Shown: in pieces, positions 35,958 to 46,762 of the stretch
Position numbering within the stretch: the first letter of the stretch is position 1
How the letters are laid out: each line of letters begins with the position of its first letter
Virus record (IMG/VR): IMGVR_UViG_3300030104_002647
Coordinates: 1,007 to 65,006 of that record
Source: a virus
Taxonomy: Duplodnaviria > Caudoviricetes
Strand: one strand, 5' to 3'
Length of the DNA: 64,000 nucleotides
The notes under the pieces: generated by a model
What the model was told of the DNA's origin: nothing
Seen by the model: only the letters and a program-made list of their open reading frames with translations
Database searches by the model: none
Program-made: the position numbers and the translations under genes

Positions 35958-37412
35958 ATGGCAGTATTAGCAAGTCCAACGTATCAGTTGCAGCCAAGTG
36001 CACAACAGGTAGCGTTGTCGTCAAACTATATTACTAATGCTCAATTTAACTTTTTGAATCAGTATCTTCCTGATACTTATGAAAAAGAGTTTGAGAGATA
36101 TGGTAATAGAACTGTTTCATCATTCTTAAGAATGGTAGGAGCAGAAATGCCTTCTAACTCTGACCTTATCAAATGGGCAGAGCAAGGTAGATTACATATT
36201 AAATATGTAAACTGTACTTTAGGTGGTGCAGGTGGTGGTGCAGCTTCAGAAACTTTTACAGTTCCTGCAGCACAAATTGACCCTGCAAGACAACCTTCAG
36301 GTTCAGTAGCACCGGCAGGTGCAGCAGGACAAATCGGTATCAGAAAAGGTCAAACAGTAATGATTTCTGATGATACAGCAGGTTCTGCATTAAACAACAA
36401 AGGTATCGTAACTGCAGTTACAGCAACTACTTTTACAGTAGCGATGTACGAAGCAGCAGGTTTAGCAGCTTACGCAGGTACAGTATCAGTTTTCATTTAT
36501 GGTTCTGAATTTAAAAAAGGAGTAAATGGAATGGAAGGTGGATTAATTTCTAACGATTTCATTTTTGAAAATTCTCCAATTATCTTAAAAGATAAGTACC
36601 AAGTATCAGGTTCTGATATGGCACAAATCGGATGGATAGAAGTTCAAACTGAGGATGGAGCGTCAGGATACTTATGGTATCTAAAATCAGAGCACGAAAC
36701 TAGATTACGTTTCGATGATTATCTAGAAACAGCAATGGTAGAAGCTGTACCGGCAGAAGCAGGTTCAGGTGTTGCTACACAAGCTGTATATGCAGATGCA
36801 GGTAACAAAGGTTCTGAAGGTGTATTCTACGTTGTAGAAGCTAGAGGAAATGTTTGGGGTGCAGGTAATCCTTCTGATTTAGCAGGATTTGACAGCATTA
36901 TTTCAAGATTAGACAAGCAAGGTTCAATTGAAGAAAATGTAATTTTCGTTAATAGAGCGTTCTCGTTTGATATTGATGATATGTTAGCAGCTCAAAATTC
37001 TTATGGTGCAGGTGGTTCTTCATATGGACTATTTGACAATGATGAAGAAATGGCGTTAAATTTAGGATTTACAGGATTTAGAAGAGGTTATGACTTCTAT
37101 AAGTCTGAGTGGAAATACTTAAATGACCCAACAATGAGAGGTGGATTAGTAGGTGGAGCAATAAATGGACTATTAGTTCCTGCAGGTTCTACTACAGTTT
37201 ATGACCAAATTTTAGGTAAAAACGCTAAAAGACCTTTCTTACATGTTAGATATAGAGCTTCAGAAGCTGAAGATAGACGCTATAAGTCTTGGATTACAGG
37301 TTCTGCAGGTGGAGCTTCAAACAAAGATTTAGATGCAATGGAAGTTAACTTCCTTTCTGAAAGATGTGTTTGTACTCTAGGTGCTAACAACTTCTTCTTA
37401 TTTAAATCATAA
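35958..37412 (+). CDS. Major capsid protein
   Basis: 484 aa, position after the scaffold gene, biased codon usage, strong terminator downstream. Confidence 0.85.
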   Translation: MAVLASPTYQLQPSAQQVALSSNYITNAQFNFLNQYLPDTYEKEFERYGNRTVSSFLRMVGAEMPSNSDLIKWAEQGRLHIKYVNCTLGGAGGGAASETFTVPAAQIDPARQPSGSVAPAGAAGQIGIRKGQTVMISDDTAGSALNNKGIVTAVTATTFTVAMYEAAGLAAYAGTVSVFIYGSEFKKGVNGMEGGLISNDFIFENSPIILKDKYQVSGSDMAQIGWIEVQTEDGASGYLWYLKSEHETRLRFDDYLETAMVEAVPAEAGSGVATQAVYADAGNKGSEGVFYVVEARGNVWGAGNPSDLAGFDSIISRLDKQGSIEENVIFVNRAFSFDIDDMLAAQNSYGAGGSSYGLFDNDEEMALNLGFTGFRRGYDFYKSEWKYLNDPTMRGGLVGGAINGLLVPAGSTTVYDQILGKNAKRPFLHVRYRASEAEDRRYKSWITGSAGGASNKDLDAMEVNFLSERCVCTLGANNFFLFKS

Positions 37413-37427
37413 GGAGTATATATAATT

Positions 37428-37458
37428 AAGGGAGGATTAACCTCCTCCCTTTTTTTTT
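37428..37458 (+). terminator. Intrinsic terminator after the capsid gene
   Basis: AAGGGAGGA-TTAACC-TCCTCCCTT followed by a T run. Confidence 0.88.
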
Positions 37459-37480
37459 AATCTAATTAAATTATAATAAA

Positions 37481-38230
37481 ATGAAAAAGACAAAAGAATT
37501 TGTAGACAAAGTCTACCGCCTAGTTGGCGAGAAATATCCCTTAGCTTTTATGTTGGCTACTCAACATAGTAGAAGATTTCCCTTAATGTATTTTGATAAT
37601 GATACAGGTGTTAACAAACCTCTTCGTTATGCAAGAAACCAAAAATCACCATTTGTTGATGAACAAGACGGTAATGTTATTTTAGAACCGATTGTGTTCG
37701 AAGATGGAATGCTAGTTGTTCCTAAAGAAAACCAAGTGTTACAAGAGTTTCTTTCAATTCATCCACAGAACGGTGGTGTATTTGAAGAAGTAGATAAAGG
37801 TAAAGAAGCTGCTGAAGATGTAGAAACATTATATGCTGAGGTTGATGCATTAATTCTTGCTAGAGAAATGACATTAAATCAATTAGAAACAATTGGAAGA
37901 GTGTTGTTTGGTGATATAAGCAAATTAACTACTGCTGAATTAAAAAGAGATATGTTAGTTTTTGCAAGAAAATATCCTACTGATTTAGTAAATATGGTTA
38001 ATGACCCCATGTTAAAATTATATTCTAAGGTTCAATTATTTTTTGACAATAGACTATTAGTTTATAAAAATGGAAAAAAAGACGTACATTTTAATACCAC
38101 TTCAAATAAAAAGAGAATGGTAAGTATTCCGTATGGAGAAGACCCTATATATATTGTGTCTTCTTTTCTTCAATCTGACGATGGTATAGAAGCTTTAAAG
38201 CTACTAGAAAAACGGCTAGAAGACAAGTAA
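37481..38230 (+). CDS. Hypothetical protein (post-capsid)
   Basis: 249 aa, LRYA.NQKSPF.DEQ...LQEFL..HP. Confidence 0.75.
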   Translation: MKKTKEFVDKVYRLVGEKYPLAFMLATQHSRRFPLMYFDNDTGVNKPLRYARNQKSPFVDEQDGNVILEPIVFEDGMLVVPKENQVLQEFLSIHPQNGGVFEEVDKGKEAAEDVETLYAEVDALILAREMTLNQLETIGRVLFGDISKLTTAELKRDMLVFARKYPTDLVNMVNDPMLKLYSKVQLFFDNRLLVYKNGKKDVHFNTTSNKKRMVSIPYGEDPIYIVSSFLQSDDGIEALKLLEKRLEDK

Positions 38231-38236
38231 TTTAAG

Positions 38237-38269
38237 AAGGGGATGAAAAAATCATCCTCTTTTTTTTTT
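38237..38269 (+). terminator. Intrinsic terminator
   Basis: GGGGATGA-AAAAA-TCATCCTC followed by T10. Confidence 0.8.
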
Positions 38270-38272
38270 CCT

Positions 38273-38280
38273 TATCTTTG
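38273..38280 (+). promoter_or_regulatory. Promoter -7 element TATCTTTG
   Basis: Directly after the terminator, 15 nt before the next ATG. Confidence 0.7.
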
Positions 38281-38295
38281 TAAAAAAGATAACAG

Positions 38296-39033
38296 ATGAT
38301 ACAACAGGTTTATGACGCTGTTCTTGCTATTTTAAATAAAAATAACTATGGTTATTTATCACCGGCAGATTTTAATTTATATGCTCAACAAGCTCAATTA
38401 GATTTGTTTGAAGATATATTTTATCAGTTTAATAATCAAGTTAATAAAGAAAATTTAAGAGGTTCAGGAACAGGTTATGCAGATATTAAAAAAGGAATTG
38501 TAGAAGTAATTGATATGTTTTCTGTTACTGCAGCATTAACACATATTGCTGACAATACTTTTAATATGCCGTCAACTGTTACTACAGGGTCTGATTTTTA
38601 TTTTATAAATAAAGTTTTGTGTTATGATGCTGCCGGTACTACATTTACAGGAGAAGCTGAAAGAGTAAGTCAAAGCAAAATAACAATGTTAAATAATTCT
38701 TTATATACTGCTCCAACCACAACTTTTCCGGCATACACAACTCAAGGTAGTACAATGACTGTATTTCCTAACACTATTAATGCAACAAATATGGTACAAT
38801 CACAATACATTAGATATCCTAAAACTCCCCAATGGACATATGTATCACTAGGTGCAGCTCAACAACCACAATTTAGCGTAACAGCTAGTTATCAAGATTT
38901 TGAACTCCCTCTAGATTATTTTCAAGATTTAGTAAATAAAATATTACAATTTGCAGGTATGGAGATTAGAGAAGGGGATGTAGTTCAATTTGCTTTAGGA
39001 CAAGAACAGATAGAAAACCAAGATGAACAATAA
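38296..39033 (+). CDS. Tail ring / head-tail adaptor protein
   Basis: NK...GY..P..FN..A.QAQ and YIRYP..P.W...DFEL pattern; gene position. Confidence 0.65.
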   Translation: MIQQVYDAVLAILNKNNYGYLSPADFNLYAQQAQLDLFEDIFYQFNNQVNKENLRGSGTGYADIKKGIVEVIDMFSVTAALTHIADNTFNMPSTVTTGSDFYFINKVLCYDAAGTTFTGEAERVSQSKITMLNNSLYTAPTTTFPAYTTQGSTMTVFPNTINATNMVQSQYIRYPKTPQWTYVSLGAAQQPQFSVTASYQDFELPLDYFQDLVNKILQFAGMEIREGDVVQFALGQEQIENQDEQ

Positions 39034-39956
39034 TGGCTTATATTACAGATTATCAATATTATACAAATAACAATACCAACCCCGAAGATGCAAATTGGGG
39101 TTCATATCAGTACATTAGTTTAGACGATGTGGTGACTAATTTTCTATTAATGTATAATGGAAACCATTCTTTAGTGAATAATGAAGAAAGATATAAAATA
39201 TTATTTCATGCAAAAAGAGCAATTCAAGAATTAAACTACGATGCATTTAAAGAAATAAAAGCTTTAGAACTACAGGTTACAGATTCATTACGATATATAT
39301 TACCTGCTGACTATGTAAATTGGGTAAGGGTTTCTATGTATTATGATGGATATTTAAGACCGCTTGTTGAAAATATACAAATTAATTCTGCAAGTGCGTA
39401 TTTACAAGACCATCAAGGTAATATTTTATTTGACCATTTAGGTAATATTTTAAAACCTCAGTATTCTGAGCTAACAAGACAAAGATTAACGGGTGTTCAA
39501 AAAACACAATATTTAAATCAAGGTGCTCCTTATGATGGTTATTGGGGGTGGCAAGTAGACGGAGTATGGTATTTTGATATGGCTATAGGTGCGTCTTGGG
39601 GTTTAAATACAGAAACAGCTAATGCTAATCCTACATTTACTATTGACAAAAAAGCCGGTGTAATAAACTTTAGTTCTGCGATGAATGATAAACTAGCAAT
39701 TTTAGAATATATTTCAGACGGAATGGAAAACGGTGATGATTCAAAAATAACAGTAAATAAATTATTTGAAGAATATATATATGCGGCTATTGAATTTTCT
39801 ATATTAAATAGTAAACTTGGTGTTCAGGAATATATTGTAAATAGAACTCGAAAAAGAAAATCTGCTTTATTAAGAAATGCAAAAATAAGATTAAGTAATA
39901 TACATCCGGGTCGTTTATTACAAAATCTGAGAGGTCAAGATAAATGGATAAAGTAA
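39033..39956 (+). CDS. Second tail ring (tubular protein A-like) protein
   Basis: LP.DYVNWVR.S and LEYISDG motifs; gene position. Confidence 0.65.
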   Translation: MAYITDYQYYTNNNTNPEDANWGSYQYISLDDVVTNFLLMYNGNHSLVNNEERYKILFHAKRAIQELNYDAFKEIKALELQVTDSLRYILPADYVNWVRVSMYYDGYLRPLVENIQINSASAYLQDHQGNILFDHLGNILKPQYSELTRQRLTGVQKTQYLNQGAPYDGYWGWQVDGVWYFDMAIGASWGLNTETANANPTFTIDKKAGVINFSSAMNDKLAILEYISDGMENGDDSKITVNKLFEEYIYAAIEFSILNSKLGVQEYIVNRTRKRKSALLRNAKIRLSNIHPGRLLQNLRGQDKWIK

Positions 39957-39957
39957 G

Positions 39958-42900
39958 ATGGGTAAAATACAAAGAAATTTCGTACAGGGAAAAATGAATA
40001 AAAGCGTTGATGAACGCTTAGTTCCTAATGGACAATATATTGACGCATTAAATGTAAGACTTGGTTCAACTGAAAATTCAGAAATAGGTTCAGTTGAAAA
40101 TTCTAAAGGTAACACACCACTTACTACATTAAATTTTAGCGAAGACCTTAGTAATCAAGCAAAATGTATTGGTGCTTATGAGGACGGAGCAAATCAAACA
40201 ATTTATTGGTTTGTACATGACCCTGCATTTACTGTAGGTGCAACAGGAAAAATAGACATGATTGTTTCTTACGATGTAGAATTTGATAGTTTAACCTATC
40301 ATGTTATTAGTATGGATGATGCAACCGGTAATCAAAAAACTATTTTAAACTTTAATCCTACATATTTAATTCACAGTATAAATAAAGTAGAAGACATGTT
40401 GTTTTTTACAGATAATTATAATCCTCCTCGTTTTATTAATGTAAAAAGAAATTATCCAATTCCTATAGGTAATGTTGACCAAATAACAGCTGAGTCTTTA
40501 TTGGTAATTAAAAAACCACCTATTATCAGTCCTCCAATATCTATGTATAATGGAGCAGGAGAAAATACTTTTTTAGAAAACAAAATACTTTGTTTTGCAT
40601 ATAGATACGAGTATGGAGATAATGATTTTTCAGCAACTTCACAATGGTCAAAACCTGCGTTTATTCCTAAAACATTTGGGCTAAGTAGTTCTGATTATAC
40701 CAATGAAGGAATGGAGAATAGTAGAAATGGTGTAGAGATAACATTTAATACCGGAGGACCTTTAGTAAAAGGAGTAGAAGTTTTATTTAAAAATTCAGGA
40801 GATTCTGTAATTAAAGTTATTGATAATTTTAATAAATCTGAATATGGGTATGTTGACAATCAAGACGTAACTATAACTTTTGATAGCAATCAAATTTTTA
40901 CTGTATTACCAACCGACCAAATAGGGAGATTATATGACAATGTTCCTTTAAAAGCGGTTACACAAACTTTAATGGGTAATAGATTGATTTATGGTAATTA
41001 TTTTGAACAATATAATTTAGTAGATTATCAAGGTGTAGCTGTAGATTTAGATTATACTATAGAATTAAAAAGCGAAGATATTGGTTCGTTTGACTTAACA
41101 GAAACTAAAATAAGTTCTGACTATACATTTGACTCAACTTCAGGAACTCAAAGCGTTGCCGATTCTGCTGTTACTATTGATTTAACAGAAATGAATTTAG
41201 TTGCAGGTGGATTATTAGAAATGGATATTATATTTCAACACGCTCAATTTACAGGTTCAGGAGGTCCTTCTGCTCAAACCTCTAGCACAAATATATCTTT
41301 TTCATTTAATCTAGTTTTAAATTACCCTAATGCTTTTGCTTTAGCTACTTCTACAGAATTTATTAATACTGTTGGAACATCATCAACAGTTTCAACTATT
41401 GCAAATTCTTGTACCGGAAGCACATGGACAGACACATGGAATTGCGATATGCCAAACAATTTAGACACATATTTTGCATACAACTCAGGTATAACGCCTG
41501 AAGCATATCCTAATGTTGGTCCTATCAATATAATAACCGACCCTACAAATGTTAATATTTTTACTTTGCAATTTCCTGCAATGGCTTGGTCGGATTGTGA
41601 TGCTTCAAGTTGTACGCCTACAAATATTGTATATGAATATTTTAAAATTTCTACTGTACAAGCTACATATAGAGAAAAAGGTGAAACTGAAAGTTTACAT
41701 AGTGATTTTGATTATGCTGTAGGAATAGTATACATGGATGATTTTAACAGGTCATCAACTGCTTTACTTGCACCTAACGCAAGTTTACACGTGCCTTGTA
41801 GTGAAGCTGAAAGAAAAAACAGAGTTGAAGTATCTATACCTTCTAATATGAAACCACCTTATTGGGCACATAGATACAAGTTTGTTCTCAAACCAACAAA
41901 TACCACATACAATACTATATATGCTAATATATTTTTTAATGACCCCGCTACTAGTGCGACTTACATTTTATTAGAAGGTGAAAATAATGAAAAGGTAAGC
42001 GAAGGTCAAAGACTTAGAGTGAAAGCCGATACCAATGGTGCTTTACAAAGATGTGCATACGCTACCATATTAGAAAAGAAATCACAAGCTGCAGGATTTA
42101 TAACGATACCTTCTAGCATAGGTTCAGGTAATACTGTGGATATACCTGCGGGTACATACGCAAAAGTTATAGCTAATGATTTTACAACAGTTGCTTTAAA
42201 TCAAGATGGTACAGCAGCATCTGATTTAGCAATAATAGAAATAGACAGGACAACATATACAGATAGTGGAGGAAATTCTGTATTTAATGCTGTAGGGGTA
42301 AATGTGCTTGATACTACTACAAGTCTATATGTTGATTACGACATTCCACAAGGAACTAGAATTACTATGTTTATAAAATTTACTAGATTAGGACCGGGTG
42401 GAGGTAATGGAAATTGTGAAAGAAGAATTTATACTTTAGATTTTAATTTCACATCAAGTCAAACATACGCAAATTTTGCAGATTGGTTTAATGGAGATAA
42501 CATACAACAATATTTAGATGATGGTACTTGGGTTGGTGGAGGTAGTCCTGCAGCAGCTGCTCCAACTAACGAGTATGATTCTACTTTGTTTACTGCCGCT
42601 TTTGCAGGTACTCCTAATAGTATAGAAGCAGCTATGTCAGCAAATTATGTAACTATTAATAAATATAAATTTGTTAGGAGTTCAACTGACAATGGACTTT
42701 ATTTTTGCTGTACAGGAACAGAAAGTTGTTCCGGTCTTTTTTCTAAGAAAAAAAGAAGGTCTACAGCTGAAGTTCAATTTGTAATTTTTAGAGCTGAAAG
42801 CACATTAATATTTGAAACCGAGCCACAGGAAGCGTTGCCTGATGTGTTTTATGAGGGTGACCAAAGTTACCCAATATTAAATCCGGGATTAACAAATGCA

Positions 42901-44526
42901 AGACATGGTGGTGGAACTGCCCAACAAATTGCTGATGGTAATGTTAATCAAACAGATTCAGTATCAGGATTAATTAAAAGCACTTTATTTAATTGCTATG
43001 CTTTTGGAAATGGAGCAGAAAGTTATAAAATATTAGATAGAGTAGGAGGAGCAGAATTATCTCCCGGCAATAGAGTTACTACAGTTTCAAATCAAAATTA
43101 TAGAGAAATGCATAGATTTGCAGACCTTACATATAGTGGAAGATTTAGTGACGAATCTAATGTTAATAGATTAAATGAATTTAATCTTAGCACATCAAAC
43201 TTTAAAGTATTAGAAGATTCATTTGGCTCAGTACAAAAATTATTTGGTAGAGAAACAGATGTATTAGTGTTACAACAAGATAAAATTTCTTATGTTTTAG
43301 CGGGTAAAAATTTATTATCCGATTCTACGGGTGGTGGTCAAATTGCATCTGTTCCTGAAATTCTTGGAACACAAATCGCTAGAGTTGAAGAATACGGTAT
43401 CAGCAATAATCCTGAAAGTTTTGTTTGTTATGGAAGTGAAAAATATTTTACCGACTCAAAAAGAGGTGCAGTAATTTTATTATCAGGAGTAAGTGCTAAA
43501 GCTGAAAAACTAGATGTTGTTTCTGAAATGGGAATGAGAGGATGGTTTAGAGATTTATTTATAAATAGTTTTAACACACAAAAGTTAGGCGGTTACGACC
43601 CATACATGAATGAATATGTTTTATCTAGTAATTGTATAGAATTGCCTGTTTCACCTCAAGTAGAAAACTGTGGTATACAATTAACTTACAGTAAACTAAC
43701 AGCTTCTAATACTCCTAGAAACTTAACTGTAGAATTAGGTCAACCCCTTGGAGAAGTTACAATAACATATACTGCTCCGATGTTAGCTGCAGGATTAACA
43801 TTTAAAATAGATGCGACATATGATGGTACTACAGGAACAACCGGTGATGTAACTACATCCGGTACACTTACTTTTCAAAAAAATAATTTACAAGTAAATA
43901 CTGCCGCTATTAGTCTTACTGTAGGAGATGTAGGTTCAACCGGTAATGAAATAAATAATTTAGAAGTAGGAATTAGTTGTCCTTCTCCTGATACAATAAC
44001 TGTAAAAGCTATTGTAATTACTACTGATGCAAACGCAGGTTTATTAATTAGAAGAGGTTACAATTATAATGACGGAAGTGTTACATTACCTTCTACTAGC
44101 GAACAAATTATAATGGTATCAGGAACATCATCTCCTTTAGTTTCAAGTTTTACTTCTATAACAGGGTTTCAAGGAATAAATTCAATTCCTACTAATGCTT
44201 CTACAGTACAAATGTATACCCTTAAAAAACCTGATGACACATATACGTTTGACCCAACAAGTGACAGATTTGGGTATTTAAGAAGTGCAACAAATTATAA
44301 TAACAATTCTACTGATATGAATAATTTATTAACAGCAATAACTACTGCAAGTAATTGGTTGACCACAAATCAATCTCAAGCACCCGGCAAATATTATGCT
44401 GATTTTACTATGCCAAGTACAACTGATGATTATTTATATTTAGTATACGATTTAAGAACTACAACCAATGTGAGTTTATGTTACTCAAACACATCATTTA
44501 ATGATGCTTGTTGTGGTTGTTCATAA
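39958..44526 (+). CDS. Tail nozzle/muzzle (stabilisation) protein, N-terminal part with insertions
   Basis: F..GKMNK..DERL.P.G.Y.DA.N start, LFFTDN.NPPR.IN, YGIS.NPESF, YFTD.KRG.V, GGYDP propeller motifs. Confidence 0.75.
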   Translation: MGKIQRNFVQGKMNKSVDERLVPNGQYIDALNVRLGSTENSEIGSVENSKGNTPLTTLNFSEDLSNQAKCIGAYEDGANQTIYWFVHDPAFTVGATGKIDMIVSYDVEFDSLTYHVISMDDATGNQKTILNFNPTYLIHSINKVEDMLFFTDNYNPPRFINVKRNYPIPIGNVDQITAESLLVIKKPPIISPPISMYNGAGENTFLENKILCFAYRYEYGDNDFSATSQWSKPAFIPKTFGLSSSDYTNEGMENSRNGVEITFNTGGPLVKGVEVLFKNSGDSVIKVIDNFNKSEYGYVDNQDVTITFDSNQIFTVLPTDQIGRLYDNVPLKAVTQTLMGNRLIYGNYFEQYNLVDYQGVAVDLDYTIELKSEDIGSFDLTETKISSDYTFDSTSGTQSVADSAVTIDLTEMNLVAGGLLEMDIIFQHAQFTGSGGPSAQTSSTNISFSFNLVLNYPNAFALATSTEFINTVGTSSTVSTIANSCTGSTWTDTWNCDMPNNLDTYFAYNSGITPEAYPNVGPINIITDPTNVNIFTLQFPAMAWSDCDASSCTPTNIVYEYFKISTVQATYREKGETESLHSDFDYAVGIVYMDDFNRSSTALLAPNASLHVPCSEAERKNRVEVSIPSNMKPPYWAHRYKFVLKPTNTTYNTIYANIFFNDPATSATYILLEGENNEKVSEGQRLRVKADTNGALQRCAYATILEKKSQAAGFITIPSSIGSGNTVDIPAGTYAKVIANDFTTVALNQDGTAASDLAIIEIDRTTYTDSGGNSVFNAVGVNVLDTTTSLYVDYDIPQGTRITMFIKFTRLGPGGGNGNCERRIYTLDFNFTSSQTYANFADWFNGDNIQQYLDDGTWVGGGSPAAAAPTNEYDSTLFTAAFAGTPNSIEAAMSANYVTINKYKFVRSSTDNGLYFCCTGTESCSGLFSKKKRRSTAEVQFVIFRAESTLIFETEPQEALPDVFYEGDQSYPILNPGLTNARHGGGTAQQIADGNVNQTDSVSGLIKSTLFNCYAFGNGAESYKILDRVGGAELSPGNRVTTVSNQNYREMHRFADLTYSGRFSDESNVNRLNEFNLSTSNFKVLEDSFGSVQKLFGRETDVLVLQQDKISYVLAGKNLLSDSTGGGQIASVPEILGTQIARVEEYGISNNPESFVCYGSEKYFTDSKRGAVILLSGVSAKAEKLDVVSEMGMRGWFRDLFINSFNTQKLGGYDPYMNEYVLSSNCIELPVSPQVENCGIQLTYSKLTASNTPRNLTVELGQPLGEVTITYTAPMLAAGLTFKIDATYDGTTGTTGDVTTSGTLTFQKNNLQVNTAAISLTVGDVGSTGNEINNLEVGISCPSPDTITVKAIVITTDANAGLLIRRGYNYNDGSVTLPSTSEQIIMVSGTSSPLVSSFTSITGFQGINSIPTNASTVQMYTLKKPDDTYTFDPTSDRFGYLRSATNYNNNSTDMNNLLTAITTASNWLTTNQSQAPGKYYADFTMPSTTDDYLYLVYDLRTTTNVSLCYSNTSFNDACCGCS

Positions 44527-44535
44527 AATAAAAAA

Positions 44536-45486
44536 ATGGGATTAACAGTATCGAAATATTTAGACGGACCTACATTTGCTACAGCAACATCTGTATACGA
44601 TGATGCTACTTTAAGCACACTAGCTGCTGATGGATGGTATATGGAAAATAATAAATACAGAAGACAAAGCGGTGGGGTTCTTCAACCAATTGTAAATTGT
44701 CCAAGCTGTAATGAACTTTGTAGAACAAATGGTCAAACACCATTATCTCCGGGTGAAGGAACTATTGCTATAGACCAAGGTGCAGGTGTATACTACATGA
44801 CATTTCAAACAGGAACAGGCATTGGTGTTATAAGAGCTTTTATTGATGATTTATCTTCTAAAGCTTATGGTATTCAAATATCACACAACAGCACCTTATA
44901 TAATGAATGGACTGATGTTGCTAATGGATATCAATCACCCGGTGGCTTGAATCCAATATGGCTAGGAGATTCAACGGTAGGACCTACTGCAGGAACTGCA
45001 TATACAAGTCAACCAACATTTACTTGGGATGGTGCAGCATGGGTTTCAGGAAGTACAGTCGGATATACTGTTAATAGTGCAGGTACTAATTATACAGCAA
45101 ATCCCGGTATAGCATTCGCACCCGTACCTAAAACATTTTCAAGCAACACCACGATAACACTAACAGTATTTAGACCACCAATAGGGGGTATGGGAGATAC
45201 TCAAGTAGGACTAATGTGTCCTGACTTATTACCTCCAATACTATATAACACTACTGTATTTGCTAATTCAACTGATGCATGTAATGCAACCGGAACAACT
45301 GCATCTTTTTATTCTGCAGGATTTGGTGCTTCAAATGCACTAGCACAAACCAATGGATTTGTATTTACAAACAACTTTGGCACAACAGCTTTAGGTGCAG
45401 GATTTTATAAAATAAGTAGTGGAGGTAACGGATATATGCAAGTTGATAGCAACGGAACAATAGTATTAATAGGAAGTTGTCCTTAA
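44536..45486 (+). CDS. Cys-containing tail accessory protein
   Basis: G/T-rich beta modules, CPSC motif and C-terminal Cys. Confidence 0.65.
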   Translation: MGLTVSKYLDGPTFATATSVYDDATLSTLAADGWYMENNKYRRQSGGVLQPIVNCPSCNELCRTNGQTPLSPGEGTIAIDQGAGVYYMTFQTGTGIGVIRAFIDDLSSKAYGIQISHNSTLYNEWTDVANGYQSPGGLNPIWLGDSTVGPTAGTAYTSQPTFTWDGAAWVSGSTVGYTVNSAGTNYTANPGIAFAPVPKTFSSNTTITLTVFRPPIGGMGDTQVGLMCPDLLPPILYNTTVFANSTDACNATGTTASFYSAGFGASNALAQTNGFVFTNNFGTTALGAGFYKISSGGNGYMQVDSNGTIVLIGSCP

Positions 45487-45496
45487 AATAAAAATT

Positions 45497-46330
45497 ATGG
45501 CATGTCAAAATTATACATTAAGTTATAGCGGGGGAGTACAAGGATTTCCATCTTTTTACTCTTATTACGCTGATTACATGATTGGAATGAATAATTATTT
45601 TTATTCATTTAATAAAGGTAATTTATACAGGCATAACACTAATGAAGTAAGAAACCAATATTATGGTGTAAACTATAGTTCTACTATTACTAGTGTATTT
45701 AATGAATCACCTTTAGAAAGTAAATTGTTTAAAACTATAGTTTTAGAATCAGATTCAGCATGGGATGTTGATTTTATTAGTGATATTCAGTTAACAGGAT
45801 TTATACAAGACGAATCATTTGAAAAAAAAGAAGCAGCATTTTTTGCATATTTAAGAACTGAAGGTTCAACTACAGGTGCGGGAACGCCTATAGGTTCAGA
45901 ACAATATCCATTACGTTCTATTCAAGGAATAATGAATAGTGATACAAGAAGCGGAACAGTTGCTAATCCTGTTGTACAGTTTGACATTGGTATAAATTCT
46001 AGCTTATCTACATACATAAATCCACAAATAGCTGTAAATGACTATTTATATTGGAGTGATGTAACTCAAGCAAATCCTCAATTAACTTATGCAGGACAGA
46101 TTACAGCTATAGCATATACTCCTGTAAATGGTATTGTAAAAATAGAAATAGATGCAGCAGGAGCTGCTGCTATACCGGCAGGAAACTTATATTTTGCTGC
46201 GGTTAAAGACCAAATAGCTGAATCATATGGTATAGTAGGACATTATGGAGAATTTAAATTAACAAGTAATACGAGACAAGCAACAGAATTATTTGCTGTT
46301 CAGTCAGATGTTATGAAAAGTTATCCTTAA
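45497..46330 (+). CDS. Nozzle/muzzle C-terminal-like protein
   Basis: TLSY....GFPSFYSY....N..YSF..G.LY.HN, K.FKTI.LES, F.KKE, ELFAV. Confidence 0.6.
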   Translation: MACQNYTLSYSGGVQGFPSFYSYYADYMIGMNNYFYSFNKGNLYRHNTNEVRNQYYGVNYSSTITSVFNESPLESKLFKTIVLESDSAWDVDFISDIQLTGFIQDESFEKKEAAFFAYLRTEGSTTGAGTPIGSEQYPLRSIQGIMNSDTRSGTVANPVVQFDIGINSSLSTYINPQIAVNDYLYWSDVTQANPQLTYAGQITAIAYTPVNGIVKIEIDAAGAAAIPAGNLYFAAVKDQIAESYGIVGHYGEFKLTSNTRQATELFAVQSDVMKSYP

Positions 46331-46336
46331 AATTAG

Positions 46337-46344
46337 TATCTTTG
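46337..46344 (+). promoter_or_regulatory. Promoter -7 element TATCTTTG, near-leaderless transcript
   Basis: Only 6 nt before ATG 46351. Confidence 0.55.
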
Positions 46345-46350
46345 TGCTAA

Positions 46351-46761
46351 ATGAAATTTAATGTAAGGGTACTTAGTAAAAATGACTATGATGATATCTT
46401 AGTTGGATGGTGGAAAGATTGGGGTTGGACACCTCCTATAAGAGATTTTTTACCTCTTAATGGGCTTGGTGGTATTATGATAGAATGGCAAGGTACACCT
46501 GTTTGTGCAGGTTTTGTAATTTCAACAGACTCTAAGGTTTCTTGGGTCGATTGGATTATTTCTAGTAAAACATTTAGAGAAAAACCACACAGAAAGGATG
46601 CTCTTCATTTATTGGTACAAACATTAACTGATGTAGCAAAAGAAAGAGGAAGCACATATGTTTATGCATTAATTAAAAACTCCCCTTTAGTTGATGTTTA
46701 TCTTAACAACGGATATGTAAAAGGGGAAAATTATAATTTTGAAATGATAAAAGCATTATAA
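46351..46761 (+). CDS. GNAT-fold (acetyltransferase-like) protein
   Basis: A...G...V.....L...Y...GY pattern; podovirus-like position between nozzle and ejection genes. Confidence 0.55.
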   Translation: MKFNVRVLSKNDYDDILVGWWKDWGWTPPIRDFLPLNGLGGIMIEWQGTPVCAGFVISTDSKVSWVDWIISSKTFREKPHRKDALHLLVQTLTDVAKERGSTYVYALIKNSPLVDVYLNNGYVKGENYNFEMIKAL

Positions 46762-46762
46762 T

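Noticed and set aside
30112-37412. Introns or inteins in terminase, portal or capsid genes
   Set aside because: The ORFs are continuous and no intein or homing-endonuclease motifs were seen.
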